From Candidatus Eiseniibacteriota bacterium (lineage in GTDB: Bacteria > Eisenbacteria > RBG-16-71-46), in the NCBI GenBank assembly GCA_044223005.1, contig JBGAML010000025.1, positions 1 to 57,345 on the forward strand: a stretch of DNA of 57,345 nucleotides. The letters run 5' to 3'. This document shows positions 51,287 to 57,345 of this stretch, piece after piece. How positions within the stretch are numbered: position 1 is the stretch's first letter; every line of letters starts with the position of its first letter. A program made the position numbers and the translations under genes. The notes below the pieces were generated by a model. It was not told the origin of the DNA, did no database searches, and was given only the letters and a program-made list of their open reading frames with translations.

Positions 51287-52699
51287 ATGGCAGCCGAGAA
51301 GATTCTGGTCGTCGACGACGAACAGAGCATGACCCAGTTCCTCGGGATCGTGTTGAGGAAGGAAGGGTACGACGTCACCACCGTGAACACCGGCCGCGAC
51401 GCCATGGATCGCGTCAAGGCCGAGCCGTTCGACGTCGTCATTTCCGACATCAAGATGCCCGGGATGGACGGCATCCAGCTGCTGCAGGCGATCAAGAAGC
51501 ACGACGCGAACATCCCGGTCGTGCTCATGACCGCCTACGCCTCGCAGCAGTCGGCGATCGACGCGGTGAACCTGGGCGCGTTCCAGTACCTGCTCAAGAA
51601 CGCCAAGAACGACGAGATCAAGCTCGTCGTGCGCAACGCGCTGGAGATGCGCCGCGTGCGCAGCGAGAACCAGTTCCTCAAGCGCGAGCTCAAGCGGGGT
51701 CACGAGGACAAGACCCTGATCGGCTCGTCGGAGGAGATGGTCCGCGTGTTCAAGATGGTGGACAAGGTCGCGGACAGCGAAGCCACCATCCTGATCCAGG
51801 GCGAGAGCGGCACGGGCAAGGAACTGATCGCCCGTGAGATCCACTACCGCAGTCGGCGCGCGAACGGTCCGTTCGTGAGCATCAACTGCGGCGCGATCCC
51901 GCGCGACCTGCTCGAGAGCAACCTGTTCGGGCACGTGAAGGGCTCGTTCACCGGCGCCGTGAAGGATTCGCCCGGCCTGCTGCAGGTGGCCGAGGGCGGC
52001 ACGTTCTTTCTGGACGAGGTGGGCGAGACGCCGCTCGCGACGCAGGTGAAGCTGCTCCGCGCGCTGCAGGAGCGGGAGATCATCCCGGTCGGCGGCACGC
52101 AGCCGGTCAAGATCGACTGCCGGCTCGTCGCGGCGACCAACGTGGACCTCGAGAAGGAAGTCGCCGAGGGTCGGTTCCGCGCCGACCTGTTCTTCCGCCT
52201 GAACGTGATCCCGCTGCGGATGCCCGCGCTGCGCCAGCGCCGCGACGACATCCCGCTGCTGCTGGACCATTTCCTCAAGCGCCAGGCCAAGGGCGGCACG
52301 CAGAAGGTCGTCGCCAAGGAGGCGATCGAACTGCTCATGAAGTACGACTGGCCGGGCAATGTACGCGAGCTCGAGAACGTCATGGAGCGCGCGCTCATCC
52401 TGGACGAGGGCGGCGTGATCGGGCCCGAGGACCTGCCGGACAAGATCCGGTTCGGGCACAGCCAGAAGGGCAGCCTGGTCATCGATTCGCCCAACATGAC
52501 GCTCGAGGAGCTGGAGAAGGAGTACATCCTCAAGGTGCTCAACTACACGCGCTGGCAGAAGAAGCGCTCCAGCGAGCTGCTGGGCATCAACGCGTCCACG
52601 CTGTACCGCAAGCTGATCGCGTACGGCATCGACAAGCCGGGCGGCCGCGACGGCGGGCTCGAGGACGGCGCGTCGGGAGCCGACGAGCAGGCCGCGTGA
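51287..52699 (+). CDS. pilR: PilR-like sigma54-dependent response regulator (NtrC family)
   Basis: Receiver domain ILVVDD...SDIKMP. GESGTGKE, GAFTGA-like GSFTGA, FLDEV, WPGNVRELEN and a C-terminal HTH. Confidence 0.9.
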   Translation: MAAEKILVVDDEQSMTQFLGIVLRKEGYDVTTVNTGRDAMDRVKAEPFDVVISDIKMPGMDGIQLLQAIKKHDANIPVVLMTAYASQQSAIDAVNLGAFQYLLKNAKNDEIKLVVRNALEMRRVRSENQFLKRELKRGHEDKTLIGSSEEMVRVFKMVDKVADSEATILIQGESGTGKELIAREIHYRSRRANGPFVSINCGAIPRDLLESNLFGHVKGSFTGAVKDSPGLLQVAEGGTFFLDEVGETPLATQVKLLRALQEREIIPVGGTQPVKIDCRLVAATNVDLEKEVAEGRFRADLFFRLNVIPLRMPALRQRRDDIPLLLDHFLKRQAKGGTQKVVAKEAIELLMKYDWPGNVRELENVMERALILDEGGVIGPEDLPDKIRFGHSQKGSLVIDSPNMTLEELEKEYILKVLNYTRWQKKRSSELLGINASTLYRKLIAYGIDKPGGRDGGLEDGASGADEQAA

Positions 52700-52853
52700 C
52701 CCACGAGCGACCGCATTTTGCCCGTGCGGCCGCGCCGACCGGCGGGATTTGCACGGTGCCGAAACCGATTGGGTCGTTCGGCCCGCCTGAACGAATCGCC
52801 TAAGCCGTTGACGTGACGAAGACTCCACAGCAGGAACGAGAGGCACTACAGGC

Positions 52854-52868
52854 TGGCACGTCGGTTGC
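52854..52868 (+). promoter_or_regulatory. sigma54 promoter of pilin copy 1
   Basis: Perfect TGGCACG-TCGG-TTGC. TAAGCC lies 53 bp upstream. Confidence 0.85.
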
Positions 52869-52941
52869 CGATGCAATAGTGCGTGCTTGCCAGCGAGTAA
52901 GCCGAGCCGAAGTCACCACCACGAGACCGGAGGAGCGCATC

Positions 52942-53175
52942 ATGACCAAGTCGCAGAAGGGCTTCACGCTGATCGAGCTGATGATCGTGGTCGTGATCAT
53001 TGGCATCCTGGCCGCCATCGCGATCCCGAACTTCATCGCCATGCAGAACCGCGCGAAGGAAGGCTCGACGAAGGCGAACATGCACACGTTCGGCGACTCG
53101 GCCAACCTGAAGTACCAGGTCGCGGGTCGCGGCAAGGCCGGCGAACTGACGCTGGTGCTCTCGAGCGGCCAGTAG
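52942..53175 (+). CDS. pilA: type IVa pilin copy 1 (77 aa; lacks 69 internal codons relative to copy 3)
   Basis: MTKSQKG/FTLIELMIVVVIIGILAAIAIPNF prepilin motif. GGAGG RBS. Confidence 0.85.
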   Translation: MTKSQKGFTLIELMIVVVIIGILAAIAIPNFIAMQNRAKEGSTKANMHTFGDSANLKYQVAGRGKAGELTLVLSSGQ

Positions 53176-53187
53176 TTCCGGACAACG

Positions 53188-53229
53188 GCGGGGGCCGCGG
53201 ATCGCATCCGCGGCCCCCGCTTACTTCTT
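53188..53229 (+). terminator. intrinsic terminator after pilin 1
   Basis: 15-bp perfect stem GCGGGGGCCGCGGAT/ATCCGCGGCCCCCGC with a 3-nt loop, then TTACTTCTT. Confidence 0.8.
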
Positions 53230-53630
53230 GCCCGCCCGTCGTGCGCGTTCCGGCGACGTGGCGGCACTCGATTCGCCAGGAGCATGAGGCCCCCATGACC
53301 CGGCCGCCGAGCGGCCGGTTCCCCTACGAACCGATTCATCGAGCGGAGATCCGCAGGTGAGGCGCGGAGCCGCGAAGGTGGGTTCACGGCGGTCGACGAA
53401 CGACTCCTGATGCAGGACGGACCCGAACGCGACGGACGGTCGCGGGAGGGTTCCACGCTCCCGGGCGAGCGGCCGGTCCCCACGATCGGCCCCCACGGAC
53501 CCGCCCCGAGGGCGCGGACCGGAAACGGTCCGGATTCGGTTCGAGGCCGCGCAGTTTTCTGGCCAGCGGAAGCGCCGGCGGAGCACGAGCATCGTGCCCG
53601 GACAGGCATCCGCATCACCGAAAGGGTCCC

Positions 53631-54032
53631 ATGATGAAGACGAACTCCCGCGGCTTCACGCTGATCGAGCTGATGATCGTGGTCGTGATCATCGGCATCC
53701 TGGCCGCCATCGCGATCCCGAACTTCATCGCCATGCAGAACCGCGCGAAGGAAGGCTCGACGAAGGCGAACATGCACACGTTCCAGCTCTCTACCGCGGC
53801 GGAAGTCGCGGCGCTGCTGCCGGCGGCCGGCAACAACTTCAAGAACCCGTTCGATCGCACGACCGGCACGGGCAACGCGTGGGTGGACCAGGCCACGTGG
53901 ACGTTGCCCCTCGCGACGGGCTCGACGACGGCCGGCATCACGGCTTACGGCGACTCGGCGAATCTCAAGTACCAGGTCGCGGGCCGCGGCAAGGCCGGCG
54001 AACTGACGCTGGTGCTCTCCAGCGGCCAGTAG
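53631..54032 (+). CDS. pilA: type IVa pilin copy 2 (133 aa; lacks 14 internal codons relative to copy 3)
   Basis: MMKTNSRG/FTLIEL prepilin motif. Confidence 0.85.
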   Translation: MMKTNSRGFTLIELMIVVVIIGILAAIAIPNFIAMQNRAKEGSTKANMHTFQLSTAAEVAALLPAAGNNFKNPFDRTTGTGNAWVDQATWTLPLATGSTTAGITAYGDSANLKYQVAGRGKAGELTLVLSSGQ

Positions 54033-54052
54033 CCGCCGCCGTGGGGGTGACG

Positions 54053-54082
54053 CGGGCGCGGGCCACGGGGCCCGCGCCCGTT
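54053..54082 (+). terminator. hairpin after pilin 2
   Basis: 12-bp stem CGGGCGCGGGCC/GGCCCGCGCCCG with only a short T tail. Confidence 0.5.
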
Positions 54083-54271
54083 CGGCGTTCGGGGGGCATC
54101 GGCGGGCGATCGGGCGGCGGGCGAGTGCCACGCGATTCGCAATCTCACGCTCGCGGTCGTGCGGATTGCGCGGCCGGTCGCACGGGCTGGGCGCTCGGCC
54201 CCGGGGGTTGCCGGTGGCTAAGCCCTGCGGCCGCAACGCCACGCCCGGGTGGCCCGGTCGGCTCGCGCCCA

Positions 54272-54286
54272 TGGCACGGCCGCTGC
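54272..54286 (+). promoter_or_regulatory. sigma54 promoter of pilin copy 3
   Basis: TGGCACG-GCCG-CTGC. TAAGCC lies 53 bp upstream. Confidence 0.7.
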
Positions 54287-54381
54287 AAATGCCGGCAAGC
54301 GAAGACGCATCCTCCGGAGCACCCCGAGCGCAGATGGCCCCGGCCCCCGACCGTGCGCTGCGATTCCCCAAGGAGACGGCA

Positions 54382-54822
54382 ATGCCCCACCGTGACCGTG
54401 GCTTCACGCTGATCGAGCTGATGATCGTGGTCGTGATCATCGGCATCCTGGCCGCCATCGCGATCCCGAACTTCATCGCCATGCAGAACCGCGCGAAGGA
54501 AGGCTCGACGAAGGCGAACATGCACACGTTCCAGCTCTCGGCCGAGGACTACGGCGTGCAGAACGACGGTGCGTACGCGGCGACGGCGGCCACGGTGGCG
54601 GCGCTGCTGCCGGCGAACGGCAACAGCTTCAAGAACCCGTTCGATCGCACGACGGGTACGGGCAACGCGTGGGTGGACCAGGCCACATGGACGGCGACGC
54701 TGCAGACCGGCTCGACGAAGGCCGGCATCACGGCGTACGGCGACTCGGCCAACCTCAAGTACCAGGTCGCTGGCCGCGGCAAGGCGGGTGACCTGACTCT
54801 GGTGCTCTCCAGCGGCCAGTAG
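54382..54822 (+). CDS. pilA: type IVa pilin copy 3 (146 aa, apparently full length)
   Basis: MPHRDRG/FTLIEL prepilin motif. AAGGAG RBS. Confidence 0.9.
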   Translation: MPHRDRGFTLIELMIVVVIIGILAAIAIPNFIAMQNRAKEGSTKANMHTFQLSAEDYGVQNDGAYAATAATVAALLPANGNSFKNPFDRTTGTGNAWVDQATWTATLQTGSTKAGITAYGDSANLKYQVAGRGKAGDLTLVLSSGQ

Positions 54823-55047
54823 CGGATCAGATCTGATGAACGCACGGCTCTGTGCTTGATGGCAGAGGGCTCAGCGAAGTGTGTCCATGTTCTGCGGAGG
54901 CGCCCACCCAAACGCGGTGGGCGCCTTCGAGTTTAGGGGGGCTAGACACGCCGGACCGCGATGGCGGTTGCAGGCCGCCCGACGTTTGTATACTAGGCAA
55001 TGTCGAGAGACAATTCTCTCAAGCGTTAGCGCCTGAGAGGGGGGCAC

Positions 55048-56793
55048 ATGTCTCCAAGGATATTGTTCATTACGCTCGGTGTTGTCAGCGCCTCAGTTGT
55101 GTGTTGTGCGTGCTCGTGGGGATGGCCAGCAAATGGATCCTTAGTCGCCGATACCTTGGATGCTCTTCAGCACCACGTTCGTGACAACCCGGCGATTGGA
55201 CTCAGTGGATCTGGCGCGATTCTGACATGGCATGACAAACGAAGATCGTCGGGTGTTGGGGTCTGGTGTGAGCACATCTCAAGCGGGGGCATAGTGTCGA
55301 CGGGTAGAACCGACACGGGCACCAAGAACACTGCGGTCTACTGGGACGAAGTGCAGGCAGTGGCGGATCTGCAGTGCCCAGCTGTCACCGACTTCCAAGG
55401 TGGAATCTTCTCGACTTGGAGCGCCAGCATCTCGGGACAGCAGTGGATTTGTGGATCAGAAATCTCCGCGGGGCTGGGTATCGCGTGGGCGGGACCAATT
55501 GTTGCGATTCCCAATGACCTTGTCTACGCGTTGCGGGCGACGGCTTGCGACGCAAGCGGCTACTACGTGGCCTGGAATTCGGTCGCGCCGACAAACGTGC
55601 ACCGAGTCCACATAGCTAGGATCACGACAAATGGGTCTGTCGCTATGGGGTGGCCGACTGGCGGGATGCAGGTCGAAGGAGCTGTTGATACGGATCGAGA
55701 GTTGGTGGACGTCGTGGCGGATGGCGTCGGTGGTGTGTTTGTGCTGTGGGTCGAGGATGGTGGGGTGCACGCGACTCGTCTATCAGGGGCTGGAACGCCG
55801 TCACCTGGATGGTCGCTTGGGGGCAAAGTCGTTGTTCCGCCGGCAGTGTTCGATGGCCCAGTTGCGGCAGTCACGGACGGTTTGGGTGGGATGTATCTCT
55901 GTTGGGCAGATGGTCAATCCGCGCCGGGGATCAGCGAGGCAAGGGGGAATCTGCGCATAGCCCGAGTCTCGGCCTCGGGCGGAAATGTGGATGGATGGGG
56001 AGATAGCCTTGGAGTGGTGGCGGCCAACTCGGGCGCGGTCGCAGAGCTCGCCGCCGCGAGTGCTGGCGACTCTGGAGTCGTGGTGGCGTGGACGGATGTG
56101 CGCTCAGGAGGGCCGGCTTCGAGGAACATCTTCGCAACGCGAGTGCGGACGGATGGAAGCGTGCCGGCCCAGTTCGGGCAGGCGGGCGTTGAAGTGTGCG
56201 GCGCAGTTGGAAGCCAGCTTGCCCCCCTCGTTGTGTGTGCTTCCAACAGCCCTATGACGGTTGTCTGGCAGGATGCGCGTGCACTCCCTCAGATATCACT
56301 CTATGCCGCCGTGGTTAGCATGAATGGCTCCCTCGCGGCCGCAACCAGCCCAGACGGCGTAGCGCTGGATTCTGCGGACGGCGTTCAAAGCGCGACGGCA
56401 GCATGCTCCGACGGTGCGGGCGGCGCCTTCGTTGCCTGGAGGGATACCCGTTCGGGGACTCTGAGCGGGGTGGCGCTCTATTCCACGAGAATCTTCGCCG
56501 ACGGCACGCTTGCAGTTGAGTCTCCGCCGCGTGACCTGAGGCCGCGGCTGGAGGTGTGGGACGCGGGGGCGGCTGTGCTCGGCTACAGAATTCCGGGAGA
56601 GGGCGCCGTGACGGGGAAGCTCGAGGTGTTTGGTATCGGCGGTCGGCGAATCGGAATGGCCCTTGTCGAAAATCGCACTGGCCGGCTCAGGCTTCGTGGC
56701 GGAAGCGTGGGGCGCACACGAGAAGTCGTATTTGTCCGCTTCCTATCTCCCGGGCAAGATGCTGTGACAGCAAAGGTTGTCTTGGGACGCTAG
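55048..56793 (+). CDS. low-GC secreted beta-propeller-like repeat protein with degenerate T9SS/FlgD-type C-terminal domain
   Basis: Hydrophobic N-terminus. About 8 repeats of type DG.GG.(F/Y)V.W.D.R. Tail LEVFGIGGRRI...VVFVRF...KVVLGR. Codon usage is atypical for the window. Confidence 0.7.
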   Translation: MSPRILFITLGVVSASVVCCACSWGWPANGSLVADTLDALQHHVRDNPAIGLSGSGAILTWHDKRRSSGVGVWCEHISSGGIVSTGRTDTGTKNTAVYWDEVQAVADLQCPAVTDFQGGIFSTWSASISGQQWICGSEISAGLGIAWAGPIVAIPNDLVYALRATACDASGYYVAWNSVAPTNVHRVHIARITTNGSVAMGWPTGGMQVEGAVDTDRELVDVVADGVGGVFVLWVEDGGVHATRLSGAGTPSPGWSLGGKVVVPPAVFDGPVAAVTDGLGGMYLCWADGQSAPGISEARGNLRIARVSASGGNVDGWGDSLGVVAANSGAVAELAAASAGDSGVVVAWTDVRSGGPASRNIFATRVRTDGSVPAQFGQAGVEVCGAVGSQLAPLVVCASNSPMTVVWQDARALPQISLYAAVVSMNGSLAAATSPDGVALDSADGVQSATAACSDGAGGAFVAWRDTRSGTLSGVALYSTRIFADGTLAVESPPRDLRPRLEVWDAGAAVLGYRIPGEGAVTGKLEVFGIGGRRIGMALVENRTGRLRLRGGSVGRTREVVFVRFLSPGQDAVTAKVVLGR

Positions 56794-57039
56794 CCGTGTA
56801 CGGGCCTGAACCGCCTGAGTGCACTGCCGAGCACTTGATCTAGTTGGCGGGCGCACGGGCCGTTGTCACGCTAGGAGTCCCCAGGCCGAGCGTCGCCGCC
56901 CCGACAGTTCCTGGGTCGGCTGACCCAGCGCGGCGGGCGCCGGTGTGCAGCGCGCCCGCGCGAGAAGTGGCATTGCGCGTTCCGCAGTGCGGCGATCCCG
57001 GATCGTGCGCCGCGCCCGATACCGCACTCCCGAAATTGC

Positions 57040-57067
57040 TGTAGCCAAACGACCCACGCGCCGATAA
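57040..57067 (+). promoter_or_regulatory. sigma28-like promoter (TGTAG-N15-GCCGATAA) upstream of pilin 4
   Basis: Perfect GCCGATAA with a weak -35 element. Confidence 0.35.
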
Positions 57068-57117
57068 CCCCAGCGATTCCAACGGGCCCGCGCGTCGGTG
57101 CGCGCCGATGGCATCGC

Positions 57118-57132
57118 TGGCACGGCCGGTGC
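57118..57132 (+). promoter_or_regulatory. sigma54 promoter of pilin copy 4
   Basis: TGGCACG-GCCG-GTGC, nearly identical to the copy 3 promoter. TAACCC lies 53 bp upstream. Confidence 0.7.
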
Positions 57133-57195
57133 AGTACGTGCAGGTCAGTCGGGCGCGCGACCGGCGCGCGCACCACCAGTGGAGGAGACACCAAG

Positions 57196-57345
57196 ATGAT
57201 GCGCACGCAGAAGGGCTTCACGCTGATCGAGCTGATGATCGTGGTCGTGATCATTGGCATCCTGGCCGCCATCGCGATCCCGAACTTCATCGCCATGCAG
57301 AACCGCGCGAAGGAAGGCTCGACGAAGGCGAACATGCACACGTTC
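57196..57345 (+). CDS. pilA: type IVa pilin copy 4 (truncated by window end)
   Basis: Read manually: MMRTQKG/FTLIELMIVVVIIGILAAIAIPNF...NMHTF. GGAGGAG RBS. Confidence 0.9.
   Translation, partial: MMRTQKGFTLIELMIVVVIIGILAAIAIPNFIAMQNRAKEGSTKANMHTF

Larger units (their letters stand above)
52960..57345 (+). repeat. four copies of a 132-bp pilin 5' block
   Basis: Copies at 52960-53091, 53652-53783, 54400-54531 and 57214-57345 are identical except one site (ATT in copies 1 and 4, ATC in copies 2 and 3). Confidence 0.95.

Noticed and set aside
52942..53175. Short pilin 1 as a Geobacter-type conductive e-pilin
   Set aside because: Only F1, F24, F43 and Y51 (plus H41) in 70 residues, and the Y27/Y32 equivalents are missing. 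The short length may also be an artefact.
53262..53360. Weak sigma54-like site (CGGCAC-TCGAT-TCGC) and 21-aa ORF MTRPPSGRFPYEPIHRAEIRR
   Set aside because: Poor consensus match, no conserved upstream TAA motif and no homology evidence.
52942..54822. Diversity-generating retroelement acting on pilins
   Set aside because: No reverse transcriptase in the window. Differences between copies are mostly third-position changes and are not adenine-specific.

Overview
High-GC bacterial chromosomal window with no CRISPR array, rRNA, tRNA, prophage or transposase. The gene content suggests an FCB-superphylum-associated lineage such as Ca. Eisenbacteria (inference only): PorU/PorV-like genes and FlgD-Ig/T9SS-type C-terminal domains occur together with a Myxococcus/Geobacter-type pilB-pilT-pilC-pilS-pilR-pilA order. 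From left to right: an ExeA-like ATPase (truncated), pyrE, a secreted S8 protease, an FN3 lipoprotein, an M23 peptidase, dnaE-accA and a Trm112-family gene. Next comes a T9SS-like envelope cluster (C25/PorU-like, PorV-like, M6-like protease, two DUF5683-like proteins, NHL protein, large OMP, Omp85), coupled to a DinG helicase and hutH-hutU-hutI. A frameshifted DUF222-like HNH gene with a structured upstream repeat element separates hutI from ftcD. These are followed by a TPR protein, a PHP hydrolase, a porin-like OMP, comEA and the type IV pilus operon. The window ends in a tandem array of at least four pilin genes that share a near-identical 132-bp block. Two of them carry nested in-frame deletions, three have sigma54 promoters, one looks promoterless, and a low-GC beta-propeller gene is inserted in the array. 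The strongest candidates for novel biology are the pilin cassette array (assembly artefact must be excluded), the non-Bacteroidota T9SS-like sorting system, a sigma28-like motif shared by pilus-related genes, and the HNH plus structured-repeat element.
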